Assembly (NCBI GenBank): GCA_951406725.2
Contig: OX597820.1
Location: 110,670,001-110,734,000 of the forward strand
Length of the DNA stretch: 64,000 nt
Direction: 5' to 3'
From: Octopus vulgaris
Lineage: Eukaryota
Positions 21,835-32,672 of the stretch are shown here, piece by piece. The translations under genes were made by a program, and so were the position numbers. Each line of letters begins with the position of its first letter. Within the stretch, counting starts at the first letter, position 1. The notes beneath the pieces are model-generated. The model did not search any database. It saw only the letters and a list, made by a program, of their open reading frames with translations, and was not told the DNA's origin.

Positions 21835-24570
21835 TCATGGAGGCTTTCTAGCAACTGCTATTTGGTGCATGAGAGAGTTCGCGACAGCTGCCCTCATCTG
21901 CCCCTCCTGCCGTGAAGTTGGTTCATCTGGGACACCTGACAGGAAGAGATCCAGCTCCATTTTAAAGACATCTGTATCCACCCCATGCAGGTCTCTCAGG
22001 TTCATCGGGAGGATATTGAAGAGCTGTGGGCCTCGGAAGCCCAGGCTATCACAGAATCTTGTCCTACATTTTGATGGCAAGTTTGGAGTCCTAGGCACCA
22101 CGCAGTGGCGCCCAGTTCTGGCGTTTGCGTAACTCTCGATGCCAAAGTTCAGGACACTTCCCTCCAGGATCTTCCAGATGTATATTATGGCATATCTTTC
22201 CCGCCTACGCTCCAGGGAATATAATTTTAATCTCTTGAGTCTTTCCCAGTAGCTTACATTCTGCATAGAGGCTATTTTCTTCGTGTAGCTTCGTTGGATC
22301 GCCTCAAGTTCTGTGATCAACTTGACACTGGATGGTGACCATAGCTGAGAGCAATAGTCAAAGTGACTTAGGACAAGTGTCTTCCAGAGGACCATCATGG
22401 TTTCTTGTTCTCTTGTTCTAAAGGTTCTAAGAATCCATCCAGCCAGGCGTCTGCATTTCACTGTCAGTTTAGCAACATGTACATGAAAGGTCGCGTCATC
22501 ACTCATGTGAATACCCAGGTCACGCACTGATTGTGCCTCTGGGATTGCAATCCCTCCGGGTCCAGTGTATTCCTTGGGTATTGCATTCAGTTTTGCATGC
22601 TGATAGTATAAAGCTTGAAACTTTTCAGCATTGAACTGCATGCTATTCTTTTCAGCCCACTTGTATATTTCGTCCAGCTCATATTGCAGGTGCCTAGTGT
22701 CTTCAGGGTTCTGTATTGCCTGTGAAACTTTTGTATCATCTGCATAACTTGTGATCGTGGCTCTCCGCGTGGCTGAGGGCATGTCTGAGAGGGCCATTAT
22801 GAACAGTAGTGGTCCCAAAACAGTGCCCTGTGGAACACCGCTCACTATTTGCGTGCTAATGGAAGTGGCCCCATTGGCTACTACCACCTGACTTCTATTC
22901 TTCAGAAAGTCGTGAAGCCATTCTCCTAGTTTTCCAACTATGCCAAGATCACGCAGTTTGTGACATATCATTCCATGATCGACTTTATCGACGGCCTTTG
23001 CGAAGTCGAGATATATGACTTCCACATTTGAGTGGTTGAGCAGTTGTTTCAGCACCCAGTCATAGTGCTGCAGGAGCTGAGTTAAGCAGCTTCTTCCTGG
23101 TCGGAAACCATGTTGGGTGTCAGGCAGCAAGTCATTTTCTTCAAGGAAGGTGATTAGTTTCCTTCTGACTATTCGTTCCATGACCTTGCTGATGTGTGAG
23201 GTCAGAGAGATAGGTCTGTAGTTCTTGGCCTCCGCTCTGCTACCTCCTTTATGAATAGGGCATATTTTACCTTCCTTCAGTTTTCTTGGAAGTTTGCCAG
23301 CTGCAAGGAAGCTCTGAAAGAGGAACTGCAGTGGTCTTGCTAAGACTCTCTTACATACTTTTAGGAGGATTGCCGGGAATCCATCGGGGCCAATAGCTGA
23401 GTCTATTTTCATTTCATCTATAGCCTTTATTACATCGTCTTCCTTTATATCGATGTAATTTAACGTCGCCGCCTCTGATTCTATATCTGCAGTGGTAAAA
23501 AAGTCAGTTGGATTGCTGATTTGGAAATGCCCAAGGGGTGGAGTGAAAACACTCTTGAATTGTTCATTCAGTATTTCACTTACCCTCATTGGTTTTCCTG
23601 TGAGTGTGCCATCCTTTTCAAGGAGTGGCCCTATCCTACAGTGCACCGTAGCTGTTTCTTTGGCATACCTGTAGAAAGCTCTGGGGTTAGTTTTTATGTT
23701 GTCTATAGCCCAGGCTTCTTTGTCTGCTCTTTCCTTCTCATGGGAGAGTTGCAGACAATTTTCAATTTCCAACAGTTTTATTTTCAGGCGGGACTTTTCA
23801 CTGCTTTCAATTTGTTTGTTTAGGCGATTTGAGATTTTTGTGCGCCGTCTCATTAAAATTTTTCTCTCTCTGGGGATTTTGTTCTTGTGTACAGTGGCCT
23901 TTCTCTCTGGGACACATTTGTAGCATATGGCTTGCATTACAGACATGAATTGTTGAAGTATCATGTCGATGTCCGGCGAGGCGAGACATTCAGGCCAGTT
24001 TTGTTTGAGGATCTCTTTCTCAATTTGTTTCCAGTTTGCCTTATTGAAGTTCAAGCTGGAAAGATTCTGAGGGTTTCTTGTAGGCTGCATGTCCGTGCTC
24101 TCTTTTGGCCCGTACATGGTCAGCTCTACCATGTTGTGATCCGAGAGTAGTGTCGGTGTCACTTTCACATTATGGATGAGATCCATATTATTTGTGAAGC
24201 AGAGATCCAGTGTGTTACCCGCTCTGGTTGGTTGGAGTATTACTTGCTCCATGTACAGGGTGTTGGTGAGGTTCAGGAGGGACCTCGCCTGTCCTCGTTC
24301 ACATCTTGTCATTCCTGGGAGAGAAAGGCCCTCGGGCCATCTGACATTCGGTAGATTGAAGTCTCCCATGAGAAGTACACTTATGTGTTGTTCTAATGTG
24401 GTTAGAACTTCTTCTATTTTTAAAAGGCAGTCCTCAAAATTGCCCATATGACTTGGGGCATCTGGAGGGCGATATGTAGCACACACAACTACATCAAGTT
24501 GCCTTATGTGTACAATTAGTGTGTCACACACCGAGTTTGAGTATGACAAAAGGACCTGGGGTGTGAAGGT
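21835..24570 (-). CDS. LINE ORF2: endonuclease C-terminal part plus reverse transcriptase
   Basis: YRPP, GDFNLP, LDLCFTN, SDH, NYRPISLTS, QHGFRPGRSC, YLDFAKA, GVPQGTVLGPLLF, YADD, DLG. Confidence 0.93.
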   Translation of the reverse strand, partial: TFTPQVLLSYSNSVCDTLIVHIRQLDVVVCATYRPPDAPSHMGNFEDCLLKIEEVLTTLEQHISVLLMGDFNLPNVRWPEGLSLPGMTRCERGQARSLLNLTNTLYMEQVILQPTRAGNTLDLCFTNNMDLIHNVKVTPTLLSDHNMVELTMYGPKESTDMQPTRNPQNLSSLNFNKANWKQIEKEILKQNWPECLASPDIDMILQQFMSVMQAICYKCVPERKATVHKNKIPRERKILMRRRTKISNRLNKQIESSEKSRLKIKLLEIENCLQLSHEKERADKEAWAIDNIKTNPRAFYRYAKETATVHCRIGPLLEKDGTLTGKPMRVSEILNEQFKSVFTPPLGHFQISNPTDFFTTADIESEAATLNYIDIKEDDVIKAIDEMKIDSAIGPDGFPAILLKVCKRVLARPLQFLFQSFLAAGKLPRKLKEGKICPIHKGGSRAEAKNYRPISLTSHISKVMERIVRRKLITFLEENDLLPDTQHGFRPGRSCLTQLLQHYDWVLKQLLNHSNVEVIYLDFAKAVDKVDHGMICHKLRDLGIVGKLGEWLHDFLKNRSQVVVANGATSISTQIVSGVPQGTVLGPLLFIMALSDMPSATRRATITSYADDTKVSQAIQNPEDTRHLQYELDEIYKWAEKNSMQFNAEKFQALYYQHAKLNAIPKEYTGPGGIAIPEAQSVRDLGIHMSDDATFHVHVAKLTVKCRRLAGWILRTFRTREQETMMVLWKTLVLSHFDYCSQLWSPSSVKLITELEAIQRSYTKKIASMQNVSYWERLKRLKLYSLERRRERYAIIYIWKILEGSVLNFGIESYANARTGRHCVVPRTPNLPSKCRTRFCDSLGFRGPQLFNILPMNLRDLHGVDTDVFKMELDLFLSGVPDEPTSRQEGQMRAAVANSLMHQIAVARKPP

Positions 24571-25339
24571 CCCCACGGATGTACATAGCAACTCCTCCAT
24601 GACTTCTTTCTTTCCTGTCGGTCCGTAGTACAACATACTGTGGTATGTGTAACTCCGCATCTGCTATGTCCGGTTTCAGATGCGTTTCTGTGAGTGCTAT
24701 GCATAAGGCTTGATTGCATGCGACAAAGTCTCTCAGGAACGGGACTTTTGTCCTGTTACTGTGTGTTAGTAGTCCTCTGATGTTCAGTAGGAGCATCGAG
24801 GTGAGGTGTATGCTGTTGCCGGTGGTGTCCACCCTGGGTCCATCTGCTGTGGTGGTCTTGTGAACCGTGGGCAGTTCCATCTGCGAGCCTGAGCCTGATG
24901 GAGCCAGGTTAGCTGCTGTACAATCTTTTGTGCCATGCACAAAAGATTCCTGCTCAGCAGCTACCCTTTCAACAACACGTTGGTGGTTTGTGGTACGCAC
25001 CACATCTGCGTACCTCCGTTTTGGGGCCGGTGATGCGTGGTCCATCCCATTTCCTTTCGGTGGTTGGTTTCTGTGGCAGGGTCCCGGATGTGCAAAGCGG
25101 CAGCCTGCACCTTCCTCTCCATGCCGGCAGGCACCTTTCAGGTAGAACCTACATACCCGTGTGCGCTGCTTGTTTCCATCCTTTTTGGCATATGGACAGT
25201 TAGATTTGCCTCTTATCCCTGGCTGCCTTGCCCCTTGGCTTTGTCTGAGTTTTAGCTTCAGTTTTTCCTCTTTTTTGGCCTCTTCATCTCCATGTCCATG
25301 GCTTTTGGTGCCGGTAGGAGCATCCGTACCTGGGTTCAC
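24524..25339 (-). CDS. LINE N-terminal region: CCCH zinc finger plus start of APE endonuclease, frameshifted near 24565
   Basis: [52 protein letters not shown]. Confidence 0.85.
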   Translation of the reverse strand: MNPGTDAPTGTKSHGHGDEEAKKEEKLKLKLRQSQGARQPGIRGKSNCPYAKKDGNKQRTRVCRFYLKGACRHGEEGAGCRFAHPGPCHRNQPPKGNGMDHASPAPKRRYADVVRTTNHQRVVERVAAEQESFVHGTKDCTAANLAPSGSGSQMELPTVHKTTTADGPRVDTTGNSIHLTSMLLLNIRGLLTHSNRTKVPFLRDFVACNQALCIALTETHLKPDIADAELHIPQYVVLRTDRKERSHGGVAMYIRGDLHTPGPFVILKLGV

Positions 25340-25355
25340 CTCCCGGGCAGGCCTC

Positions 25356-25467
<112 letters not shown>

Positions 25468-25468
25468 T

Positions 25469-25651
<183 letters not shown>

Positions 25652-25712
25652 TACATATATATATATATATACATATATATACATATATATACATATATAT
25701 ACATATATATAC

Positions 25713-25757
<45 letters not shown>

Positions 25758-25828
25758 TATACATATATACATATATATATATACATATATACATATATAT
25801 ATATATATACATATATATACATATATAC

Positions 25829-25941
<113 letters not shown>

Positions 25942-26013
25942 TATACATATATATATACATATATATACATATATATATACATATATATACATATATATAT
26001 ACATATATATACA

Positions 26014-26117
<104 letters not shown>

Positions 26118-26153
26118 TAATATATATATATATATATATACATATATATATAC

Positions 26154-26219
<66 letters not shown>

Positions 26220-26336
26220 CTATTCCTTCTACTAAAAGGGGGATCTCAGTAAAAACACAGCACTTGAAAGGCAAACACAGACAGGTAAGAAAGAAAGAAT
26301 GAAATAGACGGCAATCTATCATACAATTTTAAGTTA

Positions 26337-26428
26337 CCTACGGACGTACGTTTCGAAATCAAGTTTTAGGAAAGCATAAGAATTAGAAAATTCTACCTTA
26401 TCCGAACTTCTTTTCTCATCGGCGCAGG
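26337..26428 (-). ncRNA. Type I hammerhead ribozyme motif (U4C variant)
   Basis: CCUGCG-CCGAUGA-GAAA..long loop..UUUC-GAAA-CGUACG-UC-CGUAGG: 6-bp stem I, palindromic stem III, GUC triplet. Confidence 0.7.
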
Positions 26429-26696
26429 ATACTACAATTATGAATAATTGTATATTAAATTTTGTGATACTAGAAGGCATTATCTCAACTCAGTGTCTGA
26501 GCGAGCCAAAGCATGACCAGTACCACGAAATTCAAAGTGTGAATGAAAGTTTGTGTCACCAGCCCCCTTCCACCCGCGTGTAGCCAAGACGAAATGCTGT
26601 GGTCATTTACTGGGATAAAATATGGTTATCAGTAACAATAAAGGGTGAAATTAATTAATTTGGAATAATTATCAATTACACCAAGTAGAATTATGT

Positions 26697-27446
26697 ATGC
26701 TCATAGGAGCCTTTATTCTCCATAATCTAAAAATAGAATTCCCATTTATAGATGCAGGTTTATATAGGGATGACGGCCTTATAGCCACGCATAATCTAAA
26801 CGGCCATGAATCAGATAGACTTAGGAAGGACCTTATAGCTTTCTTTCAAAGGATGGGCTTACGGGTTACGATAGATGCTAACCTGAATAGTCTAGATTTT
26901 TTAGACGAAAATTTTAATGTAAGATCGGATAGATTTAAACCTTTCCGTAAGCCCAATGAAAAGCTATCGTATATTAGCAAAGATTCGAACCATCCACCAG
27001 TTATCCTTAGCAACTTAGTCAGCAATGTAGGTAGAAGAATATCTTCAATTTCTTCGAACGAGGCAGCATTCCATAATGCTGCACCTTATTACGATAGCGC
27101 ATTAAAGAATAGTGGATTCTCGGAGAAGATCCAGTTCAACCAGCTTAATGCTAATAATAATGCTGCACGAAGAACTAGGACCAGGAAAGTTTTGCGGTTC
27201 AACCCGGCTTTCAATTTGGCCGTAAAGACTAATATAGGTAAGGAATTTTTGAGATTAGTCTCTAAGCATTTTAAGCAGGGTCATAAATTCTACAGAATAT
27301 TTAATAGAAGAACCCTGAAGGTTAGCTATTCTTGTTGCAGAAATTTCGCCTCTTACATTAGCCAACATAATAGGAAGCTAATTGAGATTAGATATGGTAT
27401 TAGACATTTTGTATTTTTGATTTTTGATTTTGATTTTGACTCTTGA
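26697..27446 (+). pseudogene. PLE RT fragment (YRDD core, thumb, linker); endonuclease absent
   Basis: GLYRDDGL, LDFLD, KPFRKPN, SNHPP, FNPAFN, TNIGKEFL, KHF, IFNRRTLKVSYSC. Confidence 0.8.
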
Positions 27447-28445
27447 GCGCTACGATGGATTTTGATTTTGCTTCCAAGCTATGCGGATCTTAATCCGTAT
27501 AGCAAAGTCTTATGTTTCTACATATATATTAGGAAAAACCTACAAACTTTGTTTTCATGTTATTGTATTGCATAGGATTACCTTGATTATTTATATTACC
27601 TTGATTATTTATAAATGACCCAAAATAGGATGTTATATTTTATTTTATATGTCTTTCGTATATATTTTTATTAATGCACCCATTTTTAAAAGCAATGTTT
27701 TTTAAAAAAAAGCAATGTTGTCAAAATTAGAATGTTTATATAAGTATGTGTATAGCAAAGCATATGTATTTGTAAGCATGCGTATCTGTGTATGTGTAAG
27801 TGAAAGTATGTTTGTGCTTAAGCACACATATACACGACGGTATGTATATGTATCCATTCAAACTTGTGTATGTATACTGGTCTCTATAGATGCCAACAAC
27901 ATCGTTACACTGCTTGTATACATAAGTTTTTTTTCCCCACCCCTCCTTCGTTCCTTTTTCTCTCTCTCTCCCTTTCTTTCGTTCCCCCTCCTTGCCCAGT
28001 ATATGAGAATTGCTACATAGATGAATTTTAGCTTGCGTAGACGGTTTGCGTGAATATATGTACACATGATTTTATGTGTATATTTAGATTCATATTCATA
28101 CGTCTGTATATGTATGTATGGCGTTTACGCGCATCCTTTTGTGTATGTTGATATATATATGTAGATTTTAATATAAATATGTATTGCAGTATTTATAACA
28201 GGTTTAATTTCTATGCATTAATTTGCACTGTCTTCATTAACGTCAATAGGTTTTTTTCCTCGGATTTTATAATTTTTATAAGTTTTTTTATATATATATA
28301 CATATATTTTTGACCTTTTTGTTTATCACTCGAAGATTGACCGTTTTTTCTAAAGGGCCAATCAAACAAGTCCATTTCTTTTTAAAGGTGTAGCGTTTGT
28401 AAGAGTATAGATTGAATTGATATATCAGTTCCATTCTAGCAAAAA

Positions 28446-28483
28446 CTGTCTGATGAACGGCAACGAGAAACTCAGAGTAACAG
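28446..28483 (+). ncRNA. Minimal type I hammerhead ribozyme motif
   Basis: CUGU-CUGAUGA-ACGGCAACGA-GAAA-CUCAGAG-UA-ACAG. Core intact, stem II closing pair mismatched, GUA triplet. Confidence 0.7.
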
Positions 28484-28515
28484 ATTTTGTTGAATCTTCT
28501 GCTGCTTAAAATAAA

Positions 28516-28554
<39 letters not shown>

Positions 28555-29582
28555 TCTCTTATGATAAAAGGCAGATTTTCTCTGCCTCCCAAATCGTTCG
28601 TTTTTTGTACAATTGTACAATATAGAATTTCTTCAATTGAAATTTACCTATGATTTTTCCAAGTAGATTCCATTGGGTCATGGCATGTAAAGTTTTTTCA
28701 ATTTGACCCCCAATTAAGCAAAAATTCGAGAAAACTCAATATTTTACGATTTTCCTCTCTCATTTCAAGTGCTCCACTCCTCCCATTACCACCACACTTT
28801 CTGCTACTTTCTCTTTGCAAGTGTGCAACAATTAAAGTGAAAGTATTTATATAACAGGGATGAGCAATTAATACTGGTCATCCTTTTTGCTAGAGGAAGA
28901 TCCGCTATGGTCTTATGCTACACCACTGGTTTTCAATTCATATTAATCAAATTAATATTCAATTTTTCACCATTATTATGTGTGTGTGTGTATTAGCAAT
29001 TGTTATAAAATTGCATCAATGACTTGAACTTGAATAAGTGGTTTCACATAAATGGGGATAAATTAAAAAGGTTTGTTGTTATTATTATTACTGTTTGACT
29101 ATTGTAATCATGTTTGTTTGTTCCTCGTCAGGGAAACGTTGTTGTGTTGCATTTGTTAAATAATTGTAAACCGTAACCCTCCCCCTTTCGGAGAAGGCGC
29201 TTTGGTTATTGTTTAAAAATTGAATTGTGTCCCCTGTTTGGGGAAATTGACAATATTTTCACCGTCTTTACGGAAGCATTTTTGTTAAAATGCCTTCCAT
29301 AGAAGAAAGTCCAAAAATGAATTTCGCTGCAGCCGTACACTTCTATACAAGAGGGAGGATAAGATCCAATTGATCGAAATTGCAAGAGACGGGCCTACAA
29401 TTCCAGTCTGTTATATATTTTGCGTATTGTTGTCACTAGCGATATCAAGATATAACTTTGTATTTTGTATTTTATGTGTAGATGTCTATATATAGATGTA
29501 CATGTAATATGTACACATATATACATGCATAATATATCTACCCATACACACATATGTACACACACACACATACATAGGGGCA

Positions 29583-29706
29583 AGTGTGGCTGTGTGGTAA
29601 CAATCTACGTTCCGAACACACGGTCCTGGGTTCAGTCCCACTGTGTGGTGACTTGGCATGTGCCTTCTGCTGTAGCCTCAGACCAACAAAAGCCTTCTCA
29701 GTGGAT
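29583..29706 (+). mobile_element. tRNA-derived SINE head fragment
   Basis: TGGCTGTGTGGT...GGGTTCAGTCCC, similar to copies near 55610 and 61498. Confidence 0.65.
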
Positions 29707-29839
29707 TTTGTACATATATACAGGCATACATACATATATATACTTGTATACGTACACATTCGGCATAAACACTCTACCACTACAACTAATAACTGTTGGG
29801 AACACTTTCAAACCTGCCTTACATTCGAACTGGAATCTC

Positions 29840-30635
29840 AACGCCCGAGTTTTCCATCTGAAGTTAATCTCTCTCATGGAGCTCATACAAAAAGGGCAAG
29901 TCTTTGGGCCCATACAATGTGACATGTACACAATCGAGTGGCAAAAAAGGGGCCTTCCACATGCACATATCCTGCTTTGGCTCTCAGCGAAGATCAATTC
30001 CAATGACATCGACAAGATAATCTCTGCAGAGCTTCCTGATCCAGCTTTAGACAAAGAACTATACGAAATAGTTAAAGCAAACATGGTACATGGTCCATGT
30101 GGGCGTGGATTCAACATAAACACACCATGCTTGAAGGACAGCATATTTTGAAAAAGATTTCCAAGGAGGTTCCTACAAGAAACTCAGACAGGTGCTGATG
30201 GGTATCCATCATACAGACGCAAAAAACCAGAAGACGGAGGTCTCACAGCAACTATTGGACAGCACGATATTGATAATAGATGGATTGTTCCATACTGCCC
30301 ACTCCTGTCAAAGGCTTTCAATGCCCACATCAACGTTGAGTTTTGCAACTCCGTTAAATCCATCAAGTACATTTGCAAATATGTAAACAAGGGTTCTGAT
30401 GCTGCAATGTTTGGACTTCAACAAGAATACTGCCAGGATGAGGTGACGCATTATCAGGTGGGACAGTACATAAGTAGCAACGAGGCTTTCTGGCGCATCT
30501 TTGGCTTTCCAATTCACCAACAACACCCCGCGATTCAACAGCTTGCAGTGCACCTGGAAAATGGTCAAAGAGTCTACTTCACCGATGCTAATGCTTCTCT
30601 GTTGGCAGAGGAACCAAGGGATAGCACACTCACTG
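29840..30635 (+). pseudogene. Helitron Rep (HUH) domain fragment
   Basis: YTIEWQKRGLPHAHIL, IISAELPD, MVHGPCG, an in-frame TGA at 30149-30151, then GYPSYRR, DNRWIVPY, AHINVE, IKYICKYVNKG, EAFWRIF, LAVHLENGQ. Confidence 0.92.
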
Positions 30636-32650
30636 TCTGATAATGTTCCAGCGTATACTCGTCCCAAGTTCATGACGGGCTCTTCCTTGACTGTTGGAAT
30701 GCTTTCTTCAGATATTCGAAACTTAAATTCTTTCTGCACTCCCTTAACAAATGTCAGACTATGCGACTATTTTGCTCTAAATCGCATCCTTGACCACCTC
30801 ACAAGTTCGTCTAATCTCAAGAGGGCATTCTGTATGATTTGTTTATCTGTAGCTAGAAGTGTCACGTCATCCATGAAGGCTTTCTTAGGCGATTGTACAT
30901 GGGCAATTTGTTCCGAAAAATCTACACCTTTCAAAATCAACTCCATGACTAAGATAAACCACGTGACAGATATTGTACAGCCAGCAGCAATGCCAACCTC
31001 CAATCAGTGCCAATTTGTTGTAAAATTTCCAGTTGTAAACCTCATTTCGAAACTGTCATAGTACATCCTCATTATTTTGATCACTTTGTCTGGAATGTGG
31101 AAGTGATCCATGGCTCTCATTAGTAATTCATGTGGCACTGAACCATACGCGTTAGCTAGGTCGAGCCATACCACGTTCAGACTTTTCCTGTTCTGTTTGG
31201 CGTCCTGGATTGCTTTCCAAATCGAAAAACAGTGTTCAACGCATCCAGGGATTCCGGCCTTTTGAACAGATTCATCAACATATCCGTTACTCTGTAAATA
31301 TGTCACTGTTCTCTTCGACAGAATTCCCATAAAGATCTTGCCTTCCACATTCAATAAGGATATCGGCCTAAACTGTTTTATGGTCTTTGCATTGGCCTCT
31401 TTCGGCAGGTATATACCTTCTGCCTTACACCAATCCTCTACTATAGTCTCCTTGCGCCACAGTTGTTGGAGTAGGACAAAGGGCTTCTTTCGCAGACGAT
31501 TGCAATACTTGTAGACTTTATATGAGATGCCATCGCCTCCTGGGGCACTCTTTGCTCTAGCTTTTCTTACGAAGTCATTCACCTCTCTCTCCCTGATGTC
31601 CCCAATCTGGAATTGGATATGAGGTCTTGAGAGATGATTTAGCCCATGTAGAAGTGACAGCGGCTGGTTACGGCGTGGATTGCTGTAGGTTTCCTTGATA
31701 TGAGCATCCAATTCTTCTTTTGTGCACGATAAAGTACCACTCTTCGGTTCAGTGAACAGCTTCTTAGTAAACCTGTATGGGTCCTTCAGAAACTGCCCCC
31801 AAGTCCTTTTACTCTTTTTGATTCTCATATCGGCGGATATGTCGTTGCACATAACGACATTTCCTTTTCAAATCGTTATACAGCAGCGCAAGGCCAGGTT
31901 TCTCATCTAGTGCAGCACATCTCTATCGCTTTCTTAGGTTGGTCTTTTCCTTCCTCAACTGCTGCATTTTCCTGATCCTCCTGCTTGGTCCACACTTTCC
32001 TTTCTCTAGTCGGATATTCTCTTTTACTCCAAATATATCTTTTCCTATATCGTATATTGAGCTTGATAATTTACCCAGTTTCTCCACTGTAGAGCCTGTC
32101 ATTTTATAAAGAGCCCGACAAACCTTGTTTTCAAACTCTTTATATTTCACTTTCTCATTAGCAGCAGGCCACAAAACCCTTGGTTTCCTCTGAGTATTAT
32201 CCGATGCACCAGTTTCATGACTTGTAGTTTCATCACGTGAAGAGGTCTCTGCTGTAGCATTTATCGATCCGCTGTGGTTTGAGTCCGGGGATGATTTGCC
32301 ACATGTTTTACGATCTGATGATCCACACTGCTCTGTCCTCTTACAAGTCTTTCCCTGATGTATCTTCAAGCCTCTCACAGTTGCAAAGGTTCTATAGCAT
32401 AGCTTGCATCCAAAGTTGTTTGCATTTCGTTCGCTGTTCGAATGAATAATCGTATTCATTTCCAAGGTCATTCCCGTGCTGACTGGGTTTGATTGATTCT
32501 TGACTTTCCCTCTCGGTCAATCGTGGGGCTGTCATTTCCATTTATTTCTGTTACAATATATTACAAAGGCGAGGATCATAAGTTTGCCACCTCCGCCAGT
32601 CTTTCCTGGTGTCGATAGTCTTTCCTATTGTCCGCTCGTCTTTCTAATGT
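30636..32650 (-). mobile_element. 3'-truncated, degenerate RLE-type non-LTR retrotransposon (HERO/NeSL-like)
   Basis: N-terminal finger CKLC..RGLKIHQGKTC, FLKDPYRFTK, SAPGGDG, FRPISLLNVEGK, WLDLANAYGSVPH, GCTIS, AFMDD. Contains stops and frameshifts. Confidence 0.85.
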
Positions 32651-32672
32651 ATATATATATATATATATATAT

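Larger units (their letters stand above)
26219..28516 (+). mobile_element. Penelope-like element relic (probably Naiad-like) with hammerhead-bearing flanks
   Basis: RT fragment with hammerhead motifs on either side, bounded by (TA)n. May comprise two PLE insertions. Confidence 0.6.

Noticed and set aside
28851-29414. Possible MITE bounded by ATAACAG/CTGTTAT
   Set aside because: The inverted match is only ~7 bp in AT-rich DNA, which is not enough support.
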